The notes: a model not told the origin generated them from the letters alone. A stretch of DNA of 49,435 nucleotides from a virus (IMGVR_UViG_2526164669_000023:1-49435); one strand, 5' to 3'. Shown: positions 10,719 to 19,600, numbered from the stretch's first letter. Numbers and translations are program-made.

Positions 10719-10826
10719 TTTTTATGAGGAAATAATCGACGAATGAGGGCTAATGTCTGGTCACCCGGTTGACAATTACAAATATTTTATTGACGATGAA
10801 TGGAAAATGCGTGACGATTACAATAT

Positions 10827-11960
10827 ATGACTTGTCAAAGTATAATGAGAGATTGCATGAAGATTAACCATGAGGATTTAATTGATCTTATAAAGGCATC
10901 ACTGGATGCGAATTACAGCGAAGTTCGTAGTGTTAGTAATCGCATTGTTCGCGCAATTAGCGCTCAGGATGCTGACTTAGCAAAGCAAATTAAGTCTATC
11001 ATCCGTAAAAAAGGGGTACCATTACGTAGCTCTGGTTATACGGACAGTTTGCCCTTAGATCCGAAATCAAGGATGCCTTTAGTGGAAGAAGTCGAATGGC
11101 CTGCAACGCCTTTATTTCTTTCTGATGAATCACAGCATATTTTTCATGCTTTTATTCAGAATGTTATCCATCAGAATGAACTTATAGAGAATGGAATTCC
11201 AGGTAAATTGAATTTACTTCTTTCTGGTCCGCCAGGAACAGGTAAGACATTAGTCGCTGGTCATATCGCATCCAAATTAAACAAACCGCTCTATGTTGTT
11301 CGGCTTGACTCTGTTATTTCTTCTCTGTTAGGTGATACAGCGAAGAACCTAAGACAGATTTTTGACTTCGTCCCGACAAAAGATGGTGTGTTATTTCTTG
11401 ATGAAGTAGATGCGGTTGCTAAGCTTCGTGATGACAATCAGGAAGTTGGAGAGTTAAAAAGAGTTGTTAACACATTAATCCAAGGACTGGATTCTCTTGA
11501 TGATTCTGCTATTGTCATTGCTGCAACTAATCATTCGAAGCTATTGGATCCAGCAATTTGGAGACGTTTCCCATATAAAATTAGCTTTGGTTTGCCTGGA
11601 CAAGATGTCAGATGTGCTATGTGGGAACATTTTTTATTTAGAGATGATACGGATTCATTTCTAAGTAAAATGTTATCTATCATATCAACTGGGCTAACAG
11701 GTGCTGATATTGAAAATATCAGTTTATCTGCAAGAAGGCATAGTGTTTTATCTGGCAATGGACTGGATATACCATCTGTTGTTTATGCTATATTGAATAG
11801 CGTTGCAGATAGTACAGCAATTCCTTTTGGTAAGGATATAAATTCGAGTGTTAAGAAAAATTTAGCGAAGGAATTATCTAAGTTTAAATTATCACAGGCA
11901 GATATCGGTAGACTTTTAAATGTGAGCAGGCAAACTATATCAGGTTATTTCAAGGAATAA
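10827..11960 (+). CDS. Classical-clade AAA+ ATPase with C-terminal HTH (candidate defense ATPase, IetA-like)
   Basis: Walker A LLLSGPPGTGKT, Walker B VLFLDEVDA, sensor-1 IAATN, Arg-finger region LDPAIWRRFPY; C-terminal XRE-like HTH LSQADIGRLLNVSRQTISGYF. AT-rich relative to flanks. Alternative start at Met11 (10857). Confidence 0.75.
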   Translation: MTCQSIMRDCMKINHEDLIDLIKASLDANYSEVRSVSNRIVRAISAQDADLAKQIKSIIRKKGVPLRSSGYTDSLPLDPKSRMPLVEEVEWPATPLFLSDESQHIFHAFIQNVIHQNELIENGIPGKLNLLLSGPPGTGKTLVAGHIASKLNKPLYVVRLDSVISSLLGDTAKNLRQIFDFVPTKDGVLFLDEVDAVAKLRDDNQEVGELKRVVNTLIQGLDSLDDSAIVIAATNHSKLLDPAIWRRFPYKISFGLPGQDVRCAMWEHFLFRDDTDSFLSKMLSIISTGLTGADIENISLSARRHSVLSGNGLDIPSVVYAILNSVADSTAIPFGKDINSSVKKNLAKELSKFKLSQADIGRLLNVSRQTISGYFKE

Positions 11961-11962
11961 TT

Positions 11963-12538
11963 ATGGTCAGTGAAAATAAAGCTAAAATTTTAAACCCAAT
12001 AATTACTTTATTGAAGCCACCAACGCCAGAGGCGATTCCTGTTGGAGGGAAAAGTCGTAAAAATATTGTTGATTCACGGTTGAAACAACAGCGTGAAGTT
12101 TTATCCTCAGAGATAGATTCCATATTAAGAACAGAAGGTGAAATAGTTAAACATCGTGGTAAGTATCATATAGTAACAAGTATGTTTGAGGACTCATATG
12201 CACCATCGTTTATACCAGATTCATTATTCTGTCCCAGTGTTGAATGTAAGATAGTTGCACCAGCATACAATGGATATTTAATTGAGGTCAATAGCAATGC
12301 TTTATTGAAGTTGAAAAATAAAATTAATAATGCAAAAGCTATTACTGATCTTGTGGATATTTCAAGGGTTAGAAGTGTTAGTCTTTTTGATTCATCTTGT
12401 ACATTGCGAAATAGTAGCCTTGATTCGCTCTGGAATACAGTTAAGGCTTTGAATACATTTCAATTTAATATGTGGCTTATGCCTTTTTTTGATGAGCTTT
12501 CTAGAGAGTCTGTAGTTTCAACTTTTTTAAATTTTTAA
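11963..12538 (+). CDS. Hypothetical protein, middle gene of ATPase/protease cassette
   Basis: 191-aa ORF starting 3 nt after the ATPase stop; AT-rich; no motif I recognise. Confidence 0.55.
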   Translation: MVSENKAKILNPIITLLKPPTPEAIPVGGKSRKNIVDSRLKQQREVLSSEIDSILRTEGEIVKHRGKYHIVTSMFEDSYAPSFIPDSLFCPSVECKIVAPAYNGYLIEVNSNALLKLKNKINNAKAITDLVDISRVRSVSLFDSSCTLRNSSLDSLWNTVKALNTFQFNMWLMPFFDELSRESVVSTFLNF

Positions 12539-12741
12539 ATGATGGTATCATCGCTTTTGGTTATTCAGATTTTGACATAAAAACTATAAATCAAGATGCT
12601 GCTGTTGGCGGGGATAATATAGTCATAGTTCCACCGTTACTTATTGAAGCGATAAAAAAGTATCGTAAATCAGGTCAAGCATCCGTTACCGTCACTGTAG
12701 AGACTAAAGATAGTTTAAACAGGATACTGAATAGCAGTGCT

Positions 12742-14229
12742 GTGTATCGTATAGATCCTGTATCACCGCTAAACGTAACAGATACTCCTCCTGGTAATGG
12801 GGCTGAACCTGTTCCACCAATATTGGGGGATAAGAAAATGCCAACTGTAGTTGTAATTGATGGTGGGTGTAATGCGAAATCATATTCAAATTTAAATATA
12901 TATAAACTAAATCCGCTAATTCCAGATCATGATGCAGATTGTAAACATGGTAATAAAGTTGTATCGTTGTTATGTCACGGTTATGCTTGGAATAATAATT
13001 TAAACTTACCTAAATTGCAATGTAGCTATATAAGTGCACAGGCTATTGCGAAAAGGGGAGTGTTGAAACAACCAACTCCGGATCAATTTTTAAATTATTT
13101 AAGAATGGTTGCTGACAAAACGTCATCTATCGCCAAGGTCTGGAATCTTTCGTTTAATGAAGACGCTCCTCATTATAACTGTAATGAGATAAGTTATCTG
13201 GGACATAAAATCAGTTTGTTGGCTCGAGAATTTGGTATTCTGCCTGTAATATCTATCGGTAATGTTTCAAAGAACGAAAAACAAAAAAATCTTTGTCCGC
13301 CCGCAGATTGTGAGTCAGGAATTACAGTAAGTGGGAGAACGGCCAATCATGAAGGAATGCCTTCAGATGGCTGTCCTTTAAGTCGGAAAGGCCCTGCTCC
13401 TGCAGGAATGAAAAAACCTGAGTTATCATGGTTTTCTCGAGTTAGGGTGATAGGTGGAACAGTAGATATCGGAACAAGTTTTAGTGCTCCATTAGTTTCA
13501 TCTATTGCTGCTCATACCTTTTCGAATATTAAAAATGCCACTCCTGATTTGGTTAGGGCATTATTGATTAACAGGAGTGAGTTGCTTTCTCATGATGATG
13601 CATTAGGATGGGGGACTCCTTGGGATGGCGATTTACTGCCATGGTATTGTAAAGATGGCAGTGTCACATTAACGTGGATATCTAAGTTAAAGGCTGGGGC
13701 TGCTTATTATTGGAACGATCTTCCATTACCTCCAGAGATGTTAGTTAATGGTAAATTAGTTGGTGAGATATCTCTGACAGCTATACTAAAACCTAAGGTT
13801 TCTGAGTTCGGAAGTGAGAACTATTTTTCGACAAGGCTCCAATGTTCGTTACAGGCAATAAAAGAAATTAACGGAACGCTAAAAACAGAAAGCCTTCTTG
13901 GGTCAATGAAAGAATCTTCTGTTGATGAGCGTAAAGCTAGAAATGAACTTTCTAAATGGAGCCCTATTCGCCATCATGCAGAGTCGTTTAAGAGAAAAGA
14001 TATAACAGGGTGTAAAATTCGGCTTTATGCTAGGATATATGCTAGAGATTTGTATCAGTATGGGTTAAATAACCAACGGGAGCTTGAAGAGCAAGAGGTT
14101 TCCTTTGTTTTAACTTTTAAAAGTGTATCAGGATCGTCCTCAATATATACATCAATGGTTCAGCAACTTGGTGTTTATGTTGAAAGTGCTGTTATAGATA
14201 ATCACATTAACATAGATGTTAATAAGTGA
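12742..14229 (+). CDS. Subtilisin-like serine protease (peptidase S8) with C-terminal extension (IetS-like)
   Basis: D-H-S triad motifs in canonical order: VVVIDGGC, CKHGNKVV, GTSFSAPLVSSIAA; about 250 extra C-terminal residues. Track start is GTG; an ATG (MPTVVVIDGG) lies 32 codons downstream; in-frame stop at 12616. Confidence 0.75.
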   Translation: MYRIDPVSPLNVTDTPPGNGAEPVPPILGDKKMPTVVVIDGGCNAKSYSNLNIYKLNPLIPDHDADCKHGNKVVSLLCHGYAWNNNLNLPKLQCSYISAQAIAKRGVLKQPTPDQFLNYLRMVADKTSSIAKVWNLSFNEDAPHYNCNEISYLGHKISLLAREFGILPVISIGNVSKNEKQKNLCPPADCESGITVSGRTANHEGMPSDGCPLSRKGPAPAGMKKPELSWFSRVRVIGGTVDIGTSFSAPLVSSIAAHTFSNIKNATPDLVRALLINRSELLSHDDALGWGTPWDGDLLPWYCKDGSVTLTWISKLKAGAAYYWNDLPLPPEMLVNGKLVGEISLTAILKPKVSEFGSENYFSTRLQCSLQAIKEINGTLKTESLLGSMKESSVDERKARNELSKWSPIRHHAESFKRKDITGCKIRLYARIYARDLYQYGLNNQRELEEQEVSFVLTFKSVSGSSSIYTSMVQQLGVYVESAVIDNHINIDVNK

Positions 14230-14268
14230 TGTACAGAAACTGATTTATTATTATGTTAATTAATGTAT

Positions 14269-14295
14269 TACCCGCTTCGGCGGGTTTTTGTTTTT
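14269..14295 (+). terminator. Rho-independent terminator after the cargo cassette
   Basis: CCCGC-TTCG-GCGGG hairpin followed by TTTTTGTTTTT. Confidence 0.7.
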
Positions 14296-14419
14296 ATTTT
14301 CAATACGTTTGAAGTTATGGACGATGCCGGAATAGAATCAAAAATACTTAAGTAGCGCGCAGGGAGAAGAGTGATGGACCCCGAAGGGGAAGAGCTATTT
14401 ATCTGGAAGGATTCTGAAG

Positions 14420-14593
14420 ATGAAAATCGAAGAATTGCGTGAAATTTTTAGTGAAAATGGCCTCTATGCTGTGCGCGTTGAGAATGGGAAAGTTGTCTAC
14501 ACAACGTTAATCCCTGATGATCATGTAATTTTATCTATCGAGGCATTCATTGAATACCTTGAAAGGCTCGGTTTCAAGGTGATTCGGGAATGA
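14420..14593 (+). CDS. Small hypothetical ORF (57 aa)
   Basis: Hand-read ORF MKIEELREIFSENGLYAVRVENGKVVYTTLIPDDHV... in the gap between the cassette terminator and the next gene; below track cutoff. Confidence 0.3.
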   Translation: MKIEELREIFSENGLYAVRVENGKVVYTTLIPDDHVILSIEAFIEYLERLGFKVIRE

Positions 14594-14659
14594 GTTATAA
14601 TTCGTAAGCCAGCCTGAACAACTGGCATCTGCTGCACTGCGCCATCGAGAGATTGAGAA

Positions 14660-15259
14660 ATGGCGCATATACAACTGGTCAAACAAACTTCTTCTGGTTT
14701 ACTTCTCCCGGCGACGCCGGAGAGTTGCGATTTTCTGCATCAAATCAAAATAGGTGAGTGGATACACGCAGACTTTAAGCGTGTGCGTAACTACGCATTC
14801 CACAAGCGTTTTTTCAAACTCCTGCAACTGGGATTCGATTACTGGACTCCGGTCGGTGGGGCGATCACGCCTCGCGAACGAGAACTGCTGTCTGGTTTCG
14901 TTGATTACCTGTGCGAATCAGTTGGTCGGGAACACACGCCAGCCCTGAGTGATGCCGCAGAGCAATATCTGAATACAGTTGCGACACGCAGAACCCGGGA
15001 TACGGCATTGCTAAAGTCGTTTGAGGCTTTTCGCGAGTGGGTAACCATTCAGGCTGGATTTTACACCGAACATTTTTATCCGGACGGTAGCCGTGGACGC
15101 CGGGCGAAATCCATCGCTTTTGCGAATATGGACGAAACCGAGTTTCAGCAGGTTTATAAATCTGTACTGAATGTGCTGTGGAACTGGATCCTGTTCCGTA
15201 AATTTTCCTCTCCGGAGGAAGTCGAAAATGTGGTCGCACAGTTACTGGAGTTTGCGTAA
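14660..15259 (+). CDS. Lambdoid NinR-region protein (DUF1367-like)
   Basis: 199-aa ORF; first of three tightly coupled genes ending in Q; family assignment by recall only. Confidence 0.5.
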   Translation: MAHIQLVKQTSSGLLLPATPESCDFLHQIKIGEWIHADFKRVRNYAFHKRFFKLLQLGFDYWTPVGGAITPRERELLSGFVDYLCESVGREHTPALSDAAEQYLNTVATRRTRDTALLKSFEAFREWVTIQAGFYTEHFYPDGSRGRRAKSIAFANMDETEFQQVYKSVLNVLWNWILFRKFSSPEEVENVVAQLLEFA

Positions 15260-15549
15260 TGGTGGATTTACGTAAAGCGGCGCGGGGGCAGATGTGCACC
15301 GTCAGAATTCCTGGCTACTGCAATCACAATCCCGAAACTTCTGTGCTGGCGCATTACCGACTGGCGGGGACGTGCGGAACAGCGACAAAACCACACGATA
15401 TGCAGGCAGCGATTGCCTGTAGATCGTGCCACGATTTAATCGACGGGCGGGTAAAAACCAGTGATTACACCAAAGAAGAATTACGCCTGATGCATGCAGA
15501 AGGTGTTTTTCGCACACAAGAAATCTGGAGAAAGGAGGGATATTTATGA
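15259..15549 (+). CDS. Lambdoid small Cys-rich protein (DUF1364 / YbcO-like)
   Basis: 96-aa ORF with Cys/His pairs (CTVRIPGYCNHN...CRSCHD); start overlaps the previous stop. Confidence 0.5.
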   Translation: MVDLRKAARGQMCTVRIPGYCNHNPETSVLAHYRLAGTCGTATKPHDMQAAIACRSCHDLIDGRVKTSDYTKEELRLMHAEGVFRTQEIWRKEGYL

Positions 15550-16088
15550 TTTACCCAACGAATACAGGAAAAAGCGGAGAACACCTTCGTCTCACTACGC
15601 TGGAAAGTGTCTGGATTCAGGGAAAACTACGTATGTGGGGGCGCTGGTCATATATTGGTGGTGGCAGGTCAGGAAATATGTTCAATCAGTTGTTGGCATC
15701 CAAAAAATTGACGAAAACAGCCATCAATGAAGCCCTGCGCAGAATGAAAAAAGCGGGAATAGAGAAACCTGAGCTGGAAGCGTTTTTGCGAGAGATGATC
15801 AATGGTAAGCAAAAGAGCTGGCTGGCGCATTGTACTGATGCAGAGGCGTTATGTATTGATCGGGTTATAAGTGAGGTGCTGGCAGAACATCCGGGATTGA
15901 TTAGCATCCTCCGACAACGGTATGAGGGGCGAGGAATGAGTAAGAGAAGGATGGCCGGGTTACTAAACGAACAGTATCCAGAGTGGTGTTTTAGCACATG
16001 CGAAAAGCGAATTGCTAATTGGTTGGCTGTTGCTGAGTGTGCGCTATACATTCCCATGCGAGAATCATTTGCTCAAAAAATGGCTTGA
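15546..16088 (+). CDS. Late-gene antitermination protein Q-like
   Basis: 180-aa ORF immediately upstream of a promoter-plus-short-terminated-leader arrangement; position between NinR-type genes and the lysis cassette. Confidence 0.6.
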   Translation: MIYPTNTGKSGEHLRLTTLESVWIQGKLRMWGRWSYIGGGRSGNMFNQLLASKKLTKTAINEALRRMKKAGIEKPELEAFLREMINGKQKSWLAHCTDAEALCIDRVISEVLAEHPGLISILRQRYEGRGMSKRRMAGLLNEQYPEWCFSTCEKRIANWLAVAECALYIPMRESFAQKMA

Positions 16089-16171
16089 TTTCTTACGCAT
16101 AAACTGCTTCAATTCCGATACGCTTCGCAAAGCTGTATCGCGTGGCGAATTAATCGCATGAACTTCACCAG

Positions 16172-16198
16172 AACCCGCCATTGAGCGGGTTTTGTTGT
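16172..16198 (+). terminator. tR'-like intrinsic terminator of the late leader
   Basis: CCCGC-CATTGA-GCGGG hairpin then TTTTGTTGTT, about 85 nt downstream of Q; candidate pR' (TTGATT, 17-bp spacer, TTCAAT) at about 16085-16113. Confidence 0.55.
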
Positions 16199-16541
16199 TA
16201 TGTTTAACCATCTACGGGAGAGCTGGCGCTCTACTGACTGGTATTTTGATAACGAAATCTTAAATATTTTATATTGTGATTGTTAGTTGTCTAAATTTTA
16301 TGTATGTTAAGCGGCACAGGATTCCTCCTGCGACGAAGTTTTAGTGGAATCATTATTTACTTTTCTTATGCCAGCCTTTCCTTGAGGTTGGTTTTTTTAT
16401 ACCTGAAAAAGCAGGTTGGTACGTTAAACTTTATGATGGCTATGCAATTTTAGTTTCTCCTTTCCTGAACCCTATTGACTACATGGAATTTTCTTTGTTA
16501 TGTAAAGCGAGTTAATGTTGTTAAGTTGTTAGAGGATGATT

Positions 16542-17255
16542 ATGAGTGACAGTACTCTGCTCAGGAATTCTTCACTTTTTGTTGCTTACATGGGGTGTCT
16601 TGGGTGGGGAAGTGCTTATTTCTATGGCTGGGGTACTTCCTTTTACTATGGCTTTCCATGGTGGGTTGTCGGGGCCGGTGTTGATGATGTGGCCAGAAGC
16701 CTGTTTTATGCTGTCACAGTTATCGTTATATTCTTGGCTGGATGGGGGATCGGTATTGTCTTCTTTCTGGGGATCAAACAAAAAAATAATATGAAGGATT
16801 TGAGTGCTGTCAGGCTTTTTCTTGCGATATTGTTGCTTTTTGTTCCTCCGGCTCTGGAGTTTTCGGTAATTCATCAGCACTTTGTGCCAGATGCATTGGT
16901 TTTATGCGCTATTGTGGCATTAATAATTACCATGTTCGTCAGAACGGGCAGGAAGTTTATTTACGTTAAATGTATTTCTGAAGTGTCTTTTATTCGGCAT
17001 CACAAGATTGAGTGTGTTATGGCCGGATTCATGCTCTATTTCTGGTTGTTTTCGCTTATTGCTGGATGGTACAAACCTCAGTTTAAGAAGGAGTATCAGA
17101 CACTTCACTATGAGAGCGTTTGGTATTACGTTCTTGCTCGCTATGGTGATCGCTTGGTTTTATCAAAATCGTACAGGCACGGTAGTACGAATTTCGTTAT
17201 ACTTAATAGCGCACATACAGATGAATTTGAAATTAATATAGTCAAAGTGCGCTAA
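16542..17255 (+). CDS. Multi-pass membrane protein (moron, unknown function)
   Basis: About 237-aa ORF, AT-rich, aromatic/Gly-rich hydrophobic segments (GWGSAYFYGWGTSFYYGFPWWVVGAG...); RBS AGAGGA upstream of the second ATG. Confidence 0.6.
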   Translation: MSDSTLLRNSSLFVAYMGCLGWGSAYFYGWGTSFYYGFPWWVVGAGVDDVARSLFYAVTVIVIFLAGWGIGIVFFLGIKQKNNMKDLSAVRLFLAILLLFVPPALEFSVIHQHFVPDALVLCAIVALIITMFVRTGRKFIYVKCISEVSFIRHHKIECVMAGFMLYFWLFSLIAGWYKPQFKKEYQTLHYESVWYYVLARYGDRLVLSKSYRHGSTNFVILNSAHTDEFEINIVKVR

Positions 17256-17395
17256 AACATTATGAGTAACCGGGATATAGACTTTTCTGCTTGTTGTTCA
17301 GATATTTTTACTTGATTGTAGCTGACATACAAGATTTAAACGGTTGTGTTGGGTGGATTACAGCGCTAAACTGATTCAGTCAATATTTTTCAATC

Positions 17396-17471
17396 GGCCC
17401 TTTAGCTCAGTGGTGAGAGCGAGCGACTCATAATCGCCTGGTCGCTGGTTCAAATCCAGCAAGGGCCACCA
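17396..17471 (+). tRNA. tRNA with CAU anticodon (Ile2/Met type, ileZ-like)
   Basis: 76 nt; acceptor GGCCCTT/AAGGGCC, anticodon loop CTCATAA, T-arm GCTGG-TTCAAAT-CCAGC, 3' CCA. Confidence 0.8.
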
Positions 17472-17473
17472 TT

Positions 17474-17550
17474 CCGCCACTAGCTCATCGGGATAGAGCA
17501 TCAACCTTCTAAGTTGATTGTGCGAGGTTCGAGTCCTCGGTGGCGGACCA
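17474..17550 (+). tRNA. tRNA-Arg (anticodon UCU)
   Basis: 77 nt; acceptor CCGCCAC/GTGGCGG, anticodon loop CTTCTAA, T-arm CGAGG-TTCGAGT-CCTCG, 3' CCA. Confidence 0.8.
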
Positions 17551-18034
17551 TTCCATGCAAGTTTAGCTGGCAGCGCTATTAGCTCGGCGTAATAGGGCTA
17601 TTCGTTAGGCTCTGTTAGTTCACCATATTTCGTCAAAACTTTTCTTTTCAACGCTACAGTTAACGTTAATCATTACAAAAACTACTGCTGATGTAAGTCT
17701 TGTGAACTGTTATTTCTGAAGAGCTTACTGTGATTTATTGCGACAACGGAGTTAGCGTACTCCCAATTTGTTCATTTTTATGTTGTTTTTTTTCACAATT
17801 TCCTGTGAGAAATCAGAAGTCTGGATGAAATAATGCAAAATGGCATCTGAATCGATCGCAGTTTGGCATTCGAATCGATCATGATTTGGCATCCATCTCC
17901 GATCACAGTTTGGCATCACAATCGATCACGATTTGGCATACTTCCGATCATTGATTGGCATTCGCCAGTCACTCCGGGAATTAACTCTTTTCACCACAGT
18001 CTCCATTGCCGTGTTTAAACCAGTGGAGACGTCA

Positions 18035-19600
18035 ATGTCCAAAAAGAGAAAATCCAGGAGCACTATGGAAACTTGTTTTAAGATCCTTCAGCTCAAGTTC
18101 GATAAGAAGCTGACTAACCGTTGTATCGGACTGACGTTACACATCAGCGCCTCAACCGTTTTTGAGGTTCTTGCCCGCTTCAAAGCCTCTTCTCTGTCAT
18201 GGCCATTACCTGCTGATATATCCCATGACACGCTGGAGAAACTCATTTTCCCGCCCAAAGACACCTCTGCGTCAGAGCTTGTTATGCCTGACATGCTGTA
18301 CTTCGATACGGAAATGAGAAAACCTGGCGTGACGCGCCAACTGTTGTGGATGGAATACAAGGCACAGGCGGGTGACAAAGCGATGGGATACTCACACTTC
18401 TGCCGTTGCTACCGGAAGTGGAAAAAAACGCGACGCCTCTCCATGCGACAGGAGCATCGTGCTGGCGAAAAGCTCTTTATCGACTTCTGTGGTCCTACGC
18501 TTCCTGTTATTAATCCGGACACCGGAGAGATACGCCGCGTGGCAATCTTCGTGGCTGTAATGGGGGCGTCCAACTATACCTATGTTGAAGCGTGCGAAGG
18601 TCAGGACATGATGTCATGGTTAAATGCCCACAGCCGTTGCCTGACCTTCCTGGGCGGCGTACCGAAGCTGCTCATCCCCGATAACCTCAGAAGCGCAGTG
18701 AAAAAAGCCGATCGCTATGAGCCTGTCATCAACGACAGTTATCAGGCGCTGGCTGAGCACTATGGCACGGTTATTATCCCGGCCCGCCCGCGCAAACCTA
18801 AAGATAAACCAAAAGCAGAAAACGGCGTCCTCATCGTCGAGCGATGGCTTCTTGCCCGCATCCGTAATGAAACCTTCCACACGCTCAGGGCGCTGAATGC
18901 ACGCCTTCGGGAGTTGCTGACGGACATGAATAACCGACCAATGAAGGGATACGGTAATCAAACCCGCGCAGAACGCTTCCGCATGCTGGATGCACCAGCA
19001 CTCTCTCCGCTGCCTCTGGAGCCTTATGAATACACGGAATACAAAGCCGTGAAGGTTGGCCCTGACTACCACGTTGAATATGCCCGTCACTGGTACTCCG
19101 TTCCACACGAACTGGTCGGTCAGCGTCTGTCACTGAAGGTGGGGCAGTCGGTGGTACAGCTCTGGCACAAGGGGCAGTGTGTGGCGCAACATCCGCGCAG
19201 CACACATGAATATAAACACACAACCAATCCGCTTCACATGCCAGAACGCCACCGGCGGCATGGGACATGGACACCGGAACGCCTTATCGAGCAGGGAAAC
19301 CGTACAGGTCCGTCCACAGGCCGGGTGGTTGAATCCATGCTGAAAGCCAAACCCCATCCGGAGCTGGCTTACCGTGCAGTCCTGGGTCTGCTGGCACTTC
19401 AGAAAAAATACGGCCCGGAACGGCTGGAAAAGGCCTGTTACGTTGCCCTGCACTATAACGCCCCGGACAGACGCTTTATCGACAATCTGCTGCGTCATCA
19501 TCGGGATAACGTTGAGCTTCCGTTATCCCGCCAGGGCGAACAACATCCGGCATATGCTTCAGAGCATGAAAACCTGCGTGGTCCTGGCTACTACCACTGA
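18035..19600 (+). CDS. istA: IS21-family transposase IstA
   Basis: 521 aa from MSKKRKSRSTMETCF; N-terminal HTH and DDE-type core; followed by an IstB ATPase. Confidence 0.8.
   Translation: MSKKRKSRSTMETCFKILQLKFDKKLTNRCIGLTLHISASTVFEVLARFKASSLSWPLPADISHDTLEKLIFPPKDTSASELVMPDMLYFDTEMRKPGVTRQLLWMEYKAQAGDKAMGYSHFCRCYRKWKKTRRLSMRQEHRAGEKLFIDFCGPTLPVINPDTGEIRRVAIFVAVMGASNYTYVEACEGQDMMSWLNAHSRCLTFLGGVPKLLIPDNLRSAVKKADRYEPVINDSYQALAEHYGTVIIPARPRKPKDKPKAENGVLIVERWLLARIRNETFHTLRALNARLRELLTDMNNRPMKGYGNQTRAERFRMLDAPALSPLPLEPYEYTEYKAVKVGPDYHVEYARHWYSVPHELVGQRLSLKVGQSVVQLWHKGQCVAQHPRSTHEYKHTTNPLHMPERHRRHGTWTPERLIEQGNRTGPSTGRVVESMLKAKPHPELAYRAVLGLLALQKKYGPERLEKACYVALHYNAPDRRFIDNLLRHHRDNVELPLSRQGEQHPAYASEHENLRGPGYYH

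Noticed and set aside
10840-10845. Perfect TATAAT hexamer read as a promoter -10 for the ATPase gene.
   Set aside because: No acceptable -35 at 17±1 bp upstream and it lies inside the longest ORF; kept only as a hint that the true start may be Met11.
17835-17960. Cluster of short direct repeats (TTTGGCAT / GATCGATC) that could suggest a CRISPR-like array.
   Set aside because: Units are too short and irregular, there are no unique spacers, and an inverted set occurs at 20400-20450 flanking istA/istB; these are IS21-family terminal repeats.
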